DNA of 64,000 bases, from assembly GCA_964016885.1 (NCBI GenBank), contig OZ024747.1, positions 88,536,001 through 88,600,000 of the forward strand, given 5' to 3'. This DNA is from Eledone cirrhosa. Lineage: Eukaryota. Positions 16,786 to 33,385 of this stretch are shown in pieces. Position numbers and translations under genes: made by a program. The notes beneath the pieces were generated by a model. That model worked only from the letters and a program-made list of their open reading frames with translations, was not told the origin of the DNA and did not search any database. Within the stretch, counting starts at the first letter, position 1; every line of letters begins with the position of its first letter.

Positions 16786-16976
16786 CAGACCTGCCAACCT
16801 CTAAAACCCAAACGGGGAATACCATGAAAAAAGGTGACCCAAAACGGGGAATGAGACAAAATGGGAAGATTTTATATAATGAAAGCTATACCCATTTTCA
16901 CAAGAAAGGACATCTCTTACCGACCTCAAAATGGGTTGGAAATGTTCCCGTCTGACGGGGAAAGTTGATAGGTTTG
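16786..16976 (+). mobile_element. ~190-bp MITE (TIR CAGACCTGYCAAC)
   Basis: TIRs and internal homology to other copies; partial copies at 20254-20337, 22150-22213, 24402-24561, 30149-30250 and 35480-35620. Confidence 0.8.
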
Positions 16977-17711
16977 TAATTGACATCAGAAGGCCTGTGA
17001 ATATTTTTTTAACTCAGATCGGTGCTTATCATACTAACACCACTCTGCAGTGAAAACCATATTGATTAATTCATCCACAACGAACATACACATTTAATAG
17101 AAACAATACATTAACCGTTTAATGCAAATGAATAAGGAAGACATCAAGAATCCCAATGAAGCAGACGTAAGAATTGTTTTGGGAGTATGCGATGAGGTTT
17201 TGTGTATTCTGCTAACAAGCATACTCAATCAATGCCGTTAACTAAAGGATCTTTGGAAATAACGTTACATGATAATGTGAAACATAGGAAATACACTTTT
17301 ACAAGACGAAAGACATTTTCTTCTATTGGCTGTTAACAACTTGTTAAAATCGACATTTGTAGCATCTAGTAGAAGATTAGTTATATTCCCAGAACATATC
17401 TACCCTTACATGTGTATTGATGAAGAAAAAGGAAGCACAGAACATGATATTACTACCGAAGTATTGCATTATACATAAATACCATGATGGAATTCTGAAT
17501 CTTAACCGTAGGGTAATAACAATTTAACTTTAGATTGGACATTTACATATATATTACACCATACCGTATACACACACAAACATACTTACTGAGAGAGAGA
17601 GCGAGAGAGAGAGAGAGAGAGAGAGATGGGGGAGAGGGAGAGGATAGAGAGAGAGAGGAAGAGAGAGGAAGAGAGAGAGAGAGAGAATTATAATAGTATT
17701 AAGTTTCCATT

Positions 17712-17965
17712 AGTGTAATGGATTATTTTATGCTGATTATGCAACTGTTGTAGATTCGATTCCTAGGCTGGGTTGCATGTTCTGTTCTTGAGCAAAACAC
17801 TTCATTTCACGTTACTCCAGTATACTCAACTGAAAATTAATACCAGCAATAGCTGGGGTTTTAACCCTGTGATAGACTGGCATCCTATCCAGGGGGAAGC
17901 TTTGTACTCTCAGTCGCTTCAGGCCACGAAACCGGGATAAGCACCGGCCTAACCAGCTTTCTGGA
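17712..17965 (+). mobile_element. Decayed SINE of another family
   Basis: B-box-like GATTCGATTCC, TTCTTGAGCAAAACACTT, 3' part AACCCTGTGATAGACTGGCATCCTATCCAGGGGG..GAAACCGGGATAAGC. Confidence 0.55.
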
Positions 17966-18380
17966 TTGAGACAGTCTTTAGATTATGTAACCAGAAAATG
18001 AAACCGTTGAAGTAAATCCTGTGGTAGTTCGACTATAGGTTCCAAATGTAACAATTTAAGGAGTATATATAGAAATTTTCAATAAAATTATTTAAAACAC
18101 CACATTCCAGAAGAGTGAGAACATCATTTATTGCACGACACTGACACGTGTTTCTTTATATGTATTACATAATTAGTTTAGGATCACTAATATTTTACTC
18201 TTTCAATTAAATGAAATCGAATCCAACTAGTTAGAGTCACGATAACATGCTGTCGGTAAATAAATATCTTTTATATTATCTAGTGATTCTGACGATTTCT
18301 CTGCAAAGGAATTAAATGCTACCTCCTATATTTGAATAAAACATATGTAAATCAATCAATATATTATTGTATTGAACCTT

Positions 18381-18437
<57 letters not shown>

Positions 18438-18443
<6 letters not shown>

Positions 18444-19298
18444 TAAAATATATGATAAACACGAAACGTGTTTACATTGCAACAGACAAAGTTAGCTATT
18501 AATGAAATAAACTAATTAAAGTGAATACAAATTGTCTGTCTCGATATAAGTCAATAAAGACAAGCTTATATTGGCAACGGCCATGATTCCTGGACAGACT
18601 TAAATTTCAAAATGCAAACCCGTTCCGTAGACGAATTTGAACCTCGAAACCTAAATCCGTTTCGCAACGGTGGAATGTGAATTGAAAAATAAAGAGAATC
18701 GAAATGGAATAGAAATAAAAAGTGAAATATCCAAATCTTCTGTGCTTATCAACAGGAATCCAGTAAAATTAGTATATCTCACATCAAAAATTTTGCAGGT
18801 CTGACTACACGTGTGTCGCCAGGCCAAACTAGCCGTCTCGCATTCACGGTGCTAGAAATAACAGCCGCTAATGCGGGATTCTAGCACCGTGAATGCGAGA
18901 CGGCTAGTTTGGCCTGGCGACACACGTGTAGTCAGACCTGCAAAATTTTTGATGTGAGATATACTAATTTTACTGGATTCCTGTTGATAAGCACAGAAGA
19001 TTTGGATATTTCACTTTTTATTTCTATTCCATTTCGATTCTCTTTATTTTTCAATTCACATTCCACCGTTGCGAAACGGATTTAGGTTTCGAGGTTCAAA
19101 TTCGTCTACGGAACGGGTTTGCATTTTGAAATTTAAGTCTGTCCAGGAATCATGGCCGTTGCCAATATAAGCTTGTCTTTATTGACTTCTATCGAGACAG
19201 ACAATTTGTATTCACTTTAATTAGTTTATTTCATTAATAGCTAACTTTGTCTGTTGCAATGTAAACACGTTTCGTGTTTATCATATATTTTAATGTAT
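18438..19298. repeat. Near-perfect 420-bp-arm palindrome with 21-nt spacer
   Basis: Arms 18438-18857/18879-19298, one mismatch seen; (TA)n on the left, ~80-nt tail then (TA)n on the right. Confidence 0.95.
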
Positions 19299-19377
19299 TT
19301 AACTGCTCGGAGAAGCCCCTTTTCCTGGAGCTTAATTATTGTAAACGACTGAGAGTTTATTCTCAAAATATAATATA

Positions 19378-19472
<95 letters not shown>

Positions 19473-19789
19473 TTTTCGTTATAATGTTATAATATGAAAT
19501 ATATGTATTGCAGGTCAGAGTATTCAATCATTGTGAATAAATTAAGATTTCTCTTTTCTATCACTTTCTATATATCTATACTATGATAAGCTCATAAATC
19601 ATTCATTAAGATAATGGGATAATGAAGCCTAAGAGTTTAAACGTTACTCGTCAACTGAAATTAATCTTCTTATATATGAAGGATTAAATTTGAGTTATTC
19701 CAGAACGTTTTTGTAGAGATTTCTTCATACATTCTTTGAAAAATGTATACGCGTGCGCAGAATTTTATGGGACAGCTTGCTAATCATTA

Positions 19790-19950
19790 TTGGATTGGCA
19801 GTATCGGCATAGAGTTACGGTCCTTTATGGTCTGAGTTCAAATCCCGTCGAGGTTAACTTTGCCTTTCATCCTTACGGGGTCGATAAAATAAAGTACCAG
19901 TAATGTACTGGGTAATTGCTGGCCTTGTGCCTAAAGTAGAAACAATTATT
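19790..19950 (+). mobile_element. tRNA-derived SINE (dominant family)
   Basis: A/B boxes, core and tail. Confidence 0.85.
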
Positions 19951-20881
19951 ATAACAACATTACTCGGAAAAAAAGATGAAAATTCAAGCCAAACCCGGAG
20001 ATATTTTTAAATCAAAAGAGAAGGGATATCAGCGAGTGTGCTCCTCTTTGGCTGCTATTACAACAACAACAATATTAACAATCATCATTTCTTGTACTGC
20101 TGATCTCAGCCCAAGCCCACGCTTTGAGTACTGAATAGATGTCTAAAAGTGTATCACCCTGGTGAATATGTGAAACGTCTGTGTGGAATTAATACAGAAA
20201 GTGTCACCGACGGAATGAACGTATTCAAAATATTGGCGCAAAAAGAGATAAAAGAGACATGTCAACTCTCCCCGTCGGACCGGGGGATCTCCTACCCACT
20301 TGTGAAAATGGATATAGCTTTCATTATGTAAAATCTCAAGGAATGGGAGGTTGATGGGCTCTATTTCGAGGCGTTGGGCCACTCTGATGCGAATGCACTC
20401 GTTATCAAGAAGAGTACCGGTTGAGCCACACGCCGCTATTTAGCTGTGAAGCGGAGCGAAGACAGGCGAGGTCGTGTAGATAAAGCATTAATTAAAAATT
20501 GCAAACAAGCAACAACTAGTAATATAGAATTATAAGATCCGGCGTGACAAACACGTCATCACCACTCCCATCATTTTTACTATAAATACTAACACGTCCA
20601 ACATTAGCATCTTAGAACAAAACACCCAAAAAATATAGGATATAGAAAAAATTAAAATTTGAAAGGAAAAAAAATACAAAAATCTCTGTACTAACTTCGG
20701 ATGATCAAACTTGACAAAAACAAAAGATGTAGAACGAAAAAGAAAATGAATACAAGCGATGTAAATTACATTAAAATCAGTTTAGAAACTGATATAGATA
20801 ACAAAACAGCAGTCTTTCCAAACATATGGTGATAGTGTTTGAGAAAGATTCCCCCTACCTCTCTCTAATATATTTTGTAAT

Positions 20882-22292
20882 TTGACAGAATTGTTAGAGC
20901 GTTAGTCAAGATATCATGTATATATTTACGGTTCGTTACGTCCATACGTCCAGGGTTCGAATCTCAATGATGTCAAATTTCGCCTTTCCGGGATCGATAA
21001 AATATGCACAAGGCCTGCAATTTTTGGGGAAAGGTAAAGTCGATTAAATCGAACCCAATGCATTATAGGTACTTTATTTTATCGACCCCGTAAGGATGAA
21101 AGACAAAGCTAACCTCGGTGGGATTTGAACTCAGAACGTAAAGGGTCGTAACTCTATGCCACGAAGCATTGTGTCCAACGTTCTATCGAGACTGCCAATC
21201 CATCGCCCTTCGAGGTCCATAAAATATAGTACCAGTATTGGTTTGATATAATACCCCCACCTCCCCAAAACAAATTACTGGCCTTCTGATTAAATTAAAG
21301 GCCATTTAGTGTGGTCGGTAAAATTATTTCAGCGCCGGACAAATGCTTTGCAATATTTGTACTGGCTCTTAACGTTCTGGGTTCAAATCCCTCCGAGGGT
21401 AACTTAGCGTTTCTCCCTCCCATGGTCGATAAAATTAAATACCAGACAAGAATCGGGGTCAATAGAAATTACTTTCCCTTCCCACAAATTGCTGACATTG
21501 TGTCTATATTAAACATTATTGGATTGACAGTATCGTTAGAGGGTTGGGCGCCATTCTTTGCAGCATAGAGTTACGGCCTTTTATGCTCTGAGTTCAAATC
21601 CCGCCGAGGTTAACTTTGCCTTTCATCCTTACGGGGTCGATAAAATAAAGTAATTGCAGGCCTTGTGCCAAAAGTAGAAATTATTATCACCATTAAGTTA
21701 TTGTTGTTCAATTGGCGGATTAGCATCTTTATTAGCATGTCGAAGAAAATGCTTTTTTGTAGTTAGTTACGGCCTTTCTCATTCTGAATTCAAATCCGGC
21801 TGATGTTAAATGTGCCTAACATCCTCCCAAGGTCAATAAAATACAGTGCGAGCAGACCTGCCAACCTCTAAAAACCCTAAAATGGAAGTACCATGAAAGA
21901 CAATGGCCCCAAAACGGGGAGAAATAAGGTGAAATGGGGAGAATTTACATAATGAAAGCTATACCCATTTTCACATGAGAAGACATCTCTCACCCACAGC
22001 ACAGTGGGTGAGAGATCTCCCCGTCAGACGGGGAGAGTTGACACGTCTGGTTTAAGTAATCATTTTTTATTTCTATATAAAACTATTTAAATCAGTAAGA
22101 ATATAAACCAACATGAAAAGAAATAGAATTTTATATATTTTTTTCAGTCTCTCATCACCCACCCCAAAGTGAATGGGACATCTCCCCATCGGACGGGAGT
22201 GTTGACAGGTCTGTGCTTGTCAAGTATTGGAGTCGATTTAATCGACGTCCATCACCCTAAAATGATTGCTGGCCTTGTATCTAAATCTGAAA
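20882..22292. mobile_element. Cluster of ~5 SINE copies with nested SINE (21005-21209, -) and nested MITE
   Basis: Consecutive consensus matches; two SINEs are split by younger insertions. Confidence 0.75.
21853..22049 (+). mobile_element. MITE copy inserted in a SINE
   Basis: CAGACCTGCCAAC...GTTGACACGTCTG; a second right end at 22213. Confidence 0.85.
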
Positions 22293-22599
22293 TCTTTGCC
22301 GTGTTATTCTTCGTTTGTTTTTGTCTTAAACAAATCAGTGCTGATAATAACGCCGAGTTACGCGTCCCTGCAGCTGTTCCTACTGCTAATCGGTTTCCTA
22401 TAAACAACAAGCAAACGCTGATAAAATACGATGACGATAACGGCGATGTTAACGACGACGATAAAAAATATCCGTTAGAGATACCAAAGATAGAATGATG
22501 GCGAAGATGACAACGATAATGATAGTGATGAAAATGGTAGGTGTCGTTAGAAAGATACTCGCAGTAGTGACATCTGAATTATTGTGGTTCGCAGTGAAG

Positions 22600-23850
22600 A
22601 TAATGATGGTGGTGCTGGTGTTTATGACGGTGGTTGTGGTGATAGTGATGGTAGCGGTGGTGGTGATGGTGGTGGTGGTGATAGTGATGGTAGCGGTGGT
22701 GGTGATGGTGGTTGTGGTGGTGGTGATGGTGGTTGTGGTGATAGTGATGGTAGCGGTGGTGATGGTGGTGGTGGTGATGGTGGTTGTGGTGATAGTGATG
22801 GTAGCGGTGGTGGTGATGGTGGTTGTGGTGATAGTGATGGCAGCGGTGGTGGTGATGGTGGTTGTGGTGGTGGTGATGGTGGTTGTGGTGATAGTGATGG
22901 TAGCGGTGGTGGTGATGGTGGTGGTGGTGATAGTGATGGCAGCGGTGGTGGTGATGGTGGTTGTGGTGGTGATGATGGTGGTTGTGGTGATAGTGATGGT
23001 AGCGGTGGTGATGGTGGTTGTGGTGGTGGTGATGGTGGTTGTGGTGATAGTGATGGTAGCGGTGGTGGTGATGGTGGTTGTGGTGATAGTGATGGCAGCG
23101 GTGGTGGTGATGGTGGTTGTGGTGGTGGTGATGGTGGTTGTGGTGATAGTGATGGTAGCGGTGGTGGTGATGGTGGTGGTGGTGGTTGTGGTGATAGTGA
23201 TGGTAGCGGTGGTGGTGATGGTGGTTGTGGTGATAGTGATGGTAGCGGTGGTGGTGATGGTGGTTGTGGTGGTGGTGATGGTGGTTGTGGTGATAGTGAT
23301 GGCAGCGGTGGTGGTGATGGTGGTTGTGGTGGTGGTGATGGTGGTTGTGGTGATAGTGATGGTAGCGGTGGTGGTGATGGTGGTGGTGGTGGTGATGGTG
23401 GTTGTGGTGATAGTGATGGTAGCGGTGGTGGTGATGGTGGTGGTGGTGGTGGTGGTGGTGATGGTGGTTGTGGTGATAGTGATGGTAGCGGTGGTGGTGA
23501 TGGTGGTTGTGGTAATAGTGATGGTAGTGGTGGTGGTGATGGTGGTTGTGGTGATGGTAGTGATGGTAGTGGTGGTGGTGATGGTGGTGGTGGTGGTGGT
23601 GATGGTGGTTGTGGTGATAGTGATGGTAGTGGTGGTGGTGATGGTGGTTGTGGTGATAGTGATGGTAGTGGTGGTGGTGATGGTGGTGGTGTTGATGACG
23701 GTGGTTTTGGTGATAGTGATGGTAGTGGTGGTGGTGATGGTGGTGGTGGTGGTGATGGTGGTTGTGGTGATGGTAATGGTAGCGGTGGTGGTGGTGGTGG
23801 TGTTGGCGGTGCCGGTGGTGGTAGTGATAGTGATGGTAGTGGTTTTAGTT
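22600..23850. repeat. (GGT/GAT) trinucleotide-derived minisatellite, ~39-bp higher-order unit
   Basis: GGTGATAGTGATGGYAGCGGTGGTGGTGATGGTGGTTGT repeated. Confidence 0.95.
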
Positions 23851-25875
23851 GTGATGTTAGTGATTATGATATGAGTGTACTTGGTGCGGGGGCAAACTAT
23901 ATAGTAGTAACAGAACTCGTTTTAATCATCATCATCATCGTCACCTTTATCATCATCATAGTTCCCCTTCAACATCGTCACCCGCACCACCATTGTCATT
24001 ACTAGCGTCATCATCAACACAATCGACTTTATTGGCACCTTCATCAACATCTCTACCATCTTCGTCATAGTCGTCGCCGTTGCCATCATCATCATCAACT
24101 GCAACAACAACAACGATAAAGTTTACATGTAGGATTCTTGGTAGTTGACGCCTAAATATATGAACTAAGAGTTGCCTTCTAAATATACATAATTTGCTGC
24201 AATACATGTGATCAAGCGTTTCTTTGGCTCAGGCTATTTATAACTAGCATTTAAGAAATCCTTTGATTACTACACAAACTGCTAGAAAATTGGAAAATTA
24301 TAAATCATATTTAATAGTGATTAAGTTATAATTACTACATGTATCTAAGGCTCTGCAGCGAACGAATAAACGCGGCCTCTACGCGGTCGCTTCAAAATTA
24401 TTACCATGAAATAAAATGCCCTAAAACGGGAAGAAATAAGGCAAAATGGGGAGATTTTACCTAATGAAAGCTATACCGATTTTCACAACAGACGACATCT
24501 CTCACTCACAACAATGTGGGTGAGAGATCTCCCAGTCGGACGGGGAGAGTTGACAGATCTAAAAATACTACAAATAGCACGAAAGTATCCTCCAAACGAA
24601 ATCCTGCTGTCGCAGTAAATAGCTGACATATTACATTGTGTAGCCCGGTATGCGTTCACAACACCTGAAAAGAAGACAGGGTGGTCCTGTTTGGAGTATC
24701 TTTGAGCACTAAAGGTCTGCGATTTTACGACAAAACTGATTTTAAAGTACAACAATATTGGCAATGTGTGAGCCAAAGAGCTAACCTCTATACGGTCGCT
24801 TTAATTGTTAGAAAGTATGGTAAAGTACTCCACAGTTCTGTAATAGAATAAGGAAGGACGCTGATACAACTAGGTCGTAGATGAAATAATGGCTTCTAAC
24901 ATAGGCATAAGGACATACATTTGGGGAGTTGGGGATGAACGATTATATCGACCCAGTGCTTGACTGGTTATTTAATTTATCGACTTCGGAAGAATGAAAG
25001 GCCAAGTTAACCTTATCAGGATTTGAACTCACAGCGCTAGACAAACACAGCCAAGCATTCGTCCGATGATCTAATGTCTCTGTCAATCCACCGTCCTTGT
25101 AGATTAGATAAAGACGGAATAGTCAAGACATGTTTGACATGGATATATACAAAAGCAATATTACATTGTAACCCTAGGTGTATGTTTATGCTAATGTCTA
25201 TTGAAAGATAACTGAGAACATATTTTCAGTTTCAGTGTGTATCGGTTGTGCGTTATATGCATAGTTTCAAACTTGCATTTATTTATTAAGTTGTCAGAGA
25301 TAGCTGTCAATAGCAGGTCTGATGCGATTTCAAGCTGCTGTAAAGAAGATATAAGCAGCTTGTCTATTTGGAGAATCTACCAAGCAACATGCATGGACAG
25401 ATAAATATATATAAACTAAAACACATACATATATAAATATCTTTCGCTCTGTGTTTATGTGGAAGGGAAGGGATAAATCAACACGTGTGGAAATTATGAG
25501 TATATATATTAATAATTTTATTTATTTCCACATTACCTTCAGTTTCAATATATAGCATGTCTATCTCTTCAGATGTCTGGAAATAAGTAAAAAAAAAATT
25601 GTTTCTACTTTTGGCACAAGGCCAGCAAAATACCCAGTGTATTACTGGTACTTTATTTTATCGACCTCGTAAGGATGAAAGGCAAAGTTAACCTCGGCGG
25701 GATTGGAACTCAGAATAAGTAAAAAAATAATTGTTTCTCCTTTAGGCACAAGGCCAGCAATTACCCCCCAAAAATAATAAACGAAAATAAGATGGAGAAT
25801 GCAACACAGAGGCATGTCGTTAAGAGATTCCATCGGCTGGTTGAAGTAACTTAGTAACGGCAGCGCTGGTGGTCA

Positions 25876-25976
25876 CAGACCTGTCAACTCTCCCCATTTT
25901 GCCTCATTTCTCCCCATTTGGGGGCACTTTTTTTCATGGTACTCCTCGTTTGGGTTTTTAGAGGTTGGCAGGTCTG
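25876..25976 (-). mobile_element. MITE, internally deleted, 6-bp TSD TGGTCA
   Basis: Both TIRs plus perfect 6-bp flanking duplication. Confidence 0.9.
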
Positions 25977-26189
25977 TGGTCATGGTAAACCAGTGACATG
26001 TATTTGGTGTCGTGGATGGATTAAACGTTCAATTGATGTATGTGTTGACCTTTTGGTGGATCTGAAAAGGCATTCGATGATGTGGATTTTTTATGATGTA
26101 CATCCTGTTTCGAGGTTTATCCACGCATGCACAGGAGCCAGGCAGAACTAAGAATAATTCAGAAGACCAGAGAGTCGCTACAGTTACAT

Positions 26190-26690
26190 TATAGTTCTTA
26201 CTGGGTAAAAAATGGGTTAGTCCTACAATGAGATTGAGGTCGCTGACTTCGTCAATTCATTCAACGACAATACTCCAACACCCCCACCACCCAGTAAAAA
26301 AAACGAACATATTTCCATAGTTCATCCCTGCACAGAGCCGATGGCCTGGCAATCTCAACCCATATGAAAGGTTATATCATAGATAGGTAAAAAACAAAGA
26401 TCTTATAAGTATCTTGAAATAGTTGGGTTTAAGCATGAGAATTATCTCGGCTTAACGAAAGTCGACTTTCTGTACTTCCCCCTCGACCTCAAAGCAGGTA
26501 AGCAATACTGACTTTAGGAAGCCTAACGACGAAACTATATATACATAGGAAATCAAACTATAGTTAGGAACTTAGTGAATGGGATTAGCAGAAGAATATC
26601 TAGCTTATCGTCCAACAGAGATATATTAAATAGAGCCGCAACTCATTACAACGAGGATCTATCGAGGGTTGGATTTAAGAAAAAAACTAG
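26190..26690 (+). mobile_element. Penelope-like element reverse transcriptase, decayed
   Basis: SYNEIEVADFV (~GSYDGAEVCELVG), LHRADGLA (~LYRDDGLA), KVDFL..LDL, FRKPND..IYI, ISRRISSLSSN..NRAATHYNEDLSRVGF. Confidence 0.75.
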
Positions 26691-26856
26691 TATGCAAGGG
26701 GGTCACTTTTCCCAAGCCAAAGAGAAAAGTAGACTAATTCAACTCTTTCTTTTCGGCCCTAATTAACAGACACTTTCCACATCGCCACAAGTACCATAAG
26801 CTACATAACTATAGCAAGTACATGAATAAAAACAAAACAGCAATGGCAATGATAAT

Positions 26857-27040
26857 AATTGTTTCTACTTTAGGCACAAGGCCAGCAATTACCCAGTGCA
26901 TTACTGGTACTTTATTTTGTCGACCCCGTAAGGATGAAAGGCAAAGTTAACCTCGGCGGGATTTGAACTCAGAATGGCAAGGGCCGTAACTCTATGCGTC
27001 AAAGCATGGCGTCCGACTCTCTACCGATAATGCCAATCCA
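26857..27040 (-). mobile_element. tRNA-derived SINE (dominant family), full length
   Basis: Consensus match. Confidence 0.9.
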
Positions 27041-27091
27041 AATGTTTAACTATCAGTGAAATATGTTTGATAATACATACACGCGCGAACG

Positions 27092-27271
<180 letters not shown>

Positions 27272-27594
27272 CGACACATACGCCCTCATCACTCGTGCTG
27301 CTCATACAAACACATACACAAAACAAATCAAATCCTGCAAAAATAAAACGAAAAGGAAGACGATAGTGCACAGACAAACAAACAAACAAAAAGTGAGATA
27401 ACAACCTTAGAATATCAACATCAAGGCTGAAAAGAACATTAGAACTTGTGTGAAAACAGTAATATCAAGAAAATCGTCATTTCGTCATTATAATGCTGCA
27501 ACATTGATAACGAAAATAAACACTTCCAAAAACATCAGCCAACAAAAGCAATAACGACATAAATAGCAACGGCTGAAAGATAACTACCAACAGT

Positions 27595-27640
<46 letters not shown>

Positions 27641-27844
27641 ATATATACGGTATATATACAATATATATATAGGGTATATATACAATATATATATAGGGTA
27701 TATATACAATATATATATACGGTATATACATTGTATATATACCGTATATATATATATTGTATATACATATATACCGTATATATATATTGTATATATACAA
27801 TATATATATATGTATATACATACAATATGTATATATAATCATAC

Positions 27845-28650
27845 AATGCTCCTGACAGTCCCAGGGTTAGGATTTACGCAAACTACCGCAATAGACACGT
27901 GACGGAGTTTAATGTCCCGTATTCCAGGCACATCAAGACCAACATTACTGGGCGCTTCTTTAAAGCCATGGATGTGTGCTTTTCATCTATGAAGAAATAT
28001 CACAGACTGCTTACTAGACACTCAGTCATGTTTTCATTCTCCACTATGCCTAATTTTGCGGAGATTATTGCGGCGATGAACTGTAAAAAGATCACCAAAC
28101 CAACGTGTACACAAGAGATAGCAATGCATCCTCTGGGTGCCCTCAGAGAGGAGGTATTATCAGCTGCCCCGGTTGATTTGCTTCACTAAGACGAACCCCT
28201 CAGAGTACCAATTCATCGCCGGCAACAGATGCTACACATACGGATACCAGATTGTTGATGGACGTGAATTGCAACTGCAGATCTCTAAGTGGGTGCCCAC
28301 TTAACAACAATTGCAAGGCATCAGAAATAGTGTATAGTTGTACGGTTTCCACAGACAACAACACGGACTTCAGATATATCGAATCCACCAGACGGACTAC
28401 AATCAACGTGCCCTTTTAGAAGTAGGAACAAGAGGTCTCACACAAGAGTGGCCGAGTGTGTATGGCGGCTGAAGGACGAGAACCGAAACTTCACACTAGT
28501 AGAAGATCCTAAAATATGTGCCTCCATACGCGTTGGGAAGTAGGCAGTGCTGGCTCTGCATATCGGAATGTAAGGAGATCTTAAAATTGAAAGTCACTGG
28601 AATAAACGGTCCGAAGTAACAATGAACTGCTTACACCAGCGGATCCACTT
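27845..28650 (+). mobile_element. Penelope-like element linker plus GIY-YIG endonuclease, decayed (Nematis-like, tentative)
   Basis: EFNVPYSRHIKTNITGRFF..SFSTMPN; CNCRSLSGCPLNNNC..IVYSCTV..RYIES; CVWRLKD..PPY..GSRQCWLCISE. Confidence 0.85.
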
Positions 28651-28748
28651 TGATAATACAAGCTTGATTATATCATTAAGTCAGTGAGAGAACGACCGAG
28701 GCTTTGTCAATTCTCTTTGACTAGCTTCGTATGCCTCTCTCTCTCTCA

Positions 28749-28865
<117 letters not shown>

Positions 28866-29567
28866 GAGAGAGAGAGAGAAAGAGAGAGCAAGCATAACGT
28901 TATAGCATAATTGCAAATGTTACTTTCTATCCATTACATGTATCACTACTGTATTTGCAACGTGATGTTTAACTTTATGCTTTGAAAATATTCTGTAAAG
29001 TGTGTGTGTGGGAGAGAGCATGGGGAACTGGTGTCCGGTTTAAATCAATTACTAGAACTCTATAAAATAAAAAAACAGGCTTTAATTACTCGGGTCAATA
29101 AGATCGATCGACTAAACGGGCTGATAATTTAAGGCATGTTATATACCAATTTCTGTTTTGTTTTGTTTATAAAATGTCTTCTTTAAACTCTCTCCGTTTC
29201 AATAATTAATATGGCAATTTACTTCTAGTGCTAGAAAAACACACAGGGTGCTCAGGTTTAGATGCCTCTCATAATGACTTCGTTCAATCATGTTGACGGT
29301 TAAATGATAATAAAAACAGTGACGATTCGAAATAATTGTTTCTACTTTTGGCACAAGGCCATCAATCACCAGTACATTACTGGTACTTTATTTTATCGAC
29401 CCCGTAGGGATGAAAGGCAAAGTTAACCTCGGCGGGATTCGAAATAATACCAATATAATAGTAAGGGACACGCAGCTGATCTTTCAACTTCATGAAACTC
29501 CTACTAAATTTTCGACACATCCCGTCCTTCCATACTAAAAAAATAGGGAAGGAAATATTTCGATAAA

Positions 29568-29720
29568 ATAATTGTTTCTACTTTAGGCACAAGGCCAGCA
29601 ATTACCCAGTTCATTACTGGAACTTTATTTTATCGATCCCGTAAGGATGAAAGGCAAAGTCAACCTCGGCGGGATTTGAACTCAGATCGTAAAGGGACGT
29701 AACTATGCTGGAAAGCATGA
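29568..29720 (-). mobile_element. tRNA-derived SINE (dominant family)
   Basis: Consensus match, head truncated. Confidence 0.85.
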
Positions 29721-30260
29721 TAAAATAATCCTAGATAAACAGAAAAAATGAAACGAAATTTCATTTCTCACTCTTAGTACGGCTGTTACTTAAATATAAG
29801 TATGTATACGCACATACACACATGTATACAGACGTACAGTAGTATGTACACATATACATACATATATATATATATATACATACATACACTTACACATATA
29901 CATACATGCACACATACATATATGTACGTATGGATTCACCTAACATTTATTATAATGCTCGGTGTGTTTGTAAACAAACATCCCGAATTAAGCCGTAGTG
30001 TCTAGCAACCATCGTTGCTCATTTGTTCAACACTGACAAAGGAACGCTGTACTAATTTCAATCCTAGATAGCTCTACTGAAACACAGAATAACCATTACC
30101 GGAATATTTTATCACAAGTCTACTCGATCGAAGCTGACTTGGGCTTAAACAAACCCGTCAACTACCCCATCCGACGGGGAGATCTCCCCATTTTGGCTCA
30201 TTTCTCCCCGTCTCCCCATTTTTGTGAAAATGGGCATAGCTTTCATTATATATATATATA

Positions 30261-32726
<2,466 letters not shown>

Positions 32727-32781
32727 CTTTCACTCGTGTAGGACACCTCGGTTATTTTTCATTTTGTAAAAAAAAACTCAC

Positions 32782-32820
<39 letters not shown>

Positions 32821-32823
<3 letters not shown>

Positions 32824-33015
32824 AAAGAAAGTTTGGTAAGAAGCCAGGTGGACCATAACGCACCAGAGTACTCGATACTTAGGGTAGTAGAGTGAGTAAT
32901 AGGAAAAGAGTCAGGACCCCAACGGCTGAGCTCCGGCCGTTTCGAAAGCTAGATCCGAGCCGGATCTTGCTGTCGAAATGGCCGGAGCTCAGCCGTCGGG
33001 GTCCTGACTCTTTTC
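32821..33015 (-). mobile_element. Family A element (divergent variant)
   Basis: Same tail and palindrome; substitutions mirrored in both arms. Confidence 0.75.
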
Positions 33016-33032
33016 ATATATATATATATATA

Positions 33033-33233
33033 ACGAAGGAAATGTGGTAAGCAACCAGATGGACCATAACGCACCAAAGTACTCAATACTTAGGGTAGTA
33101 GATTAGGTAATAGGAACGAGTAGGACCCCGACGGCTGAGCTCAAGCCATTTCGACGGCTAATTCTGGACTAAACTTTAGTCCAGAATTAGCCGTCAAAAC
33201 GGCTTGAGCTCAGCCGTCGGGGTCCTACTCGTT

Positions 33234-33237
<4 letters not shown>
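33033..33237 (-). mobile_element. Family A element
   Basis: Near-identical to 6377-6575, (TA)n flanks. Confidence 0.8.
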
Positions 33238-33287
<50 letters not shown>

Positions 33288-33332
33288 GGCCGGAGTATCG
33301 CTATTAGCTTTCTCCGATTATGTATTTATATA

Positions 33333-33378
<46 letters not shown>

Positions 33379-33385
<7 letters not shown>

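Noticed and set aside
17281-17478. 65-codon stop-free stretch
   Set aside because: No start or convincing splice context and no known motif
18285-18325. Isolated CUGANGA heptamers (also 4860, 684 rc, 27285 rc)
   Set aside because: No GAAA with properly paired helices
22495-23874. 459-aa Val/Met-rich ORF
   Set aside because: Alternative frame of the (GGT/GAT)n minisatellite
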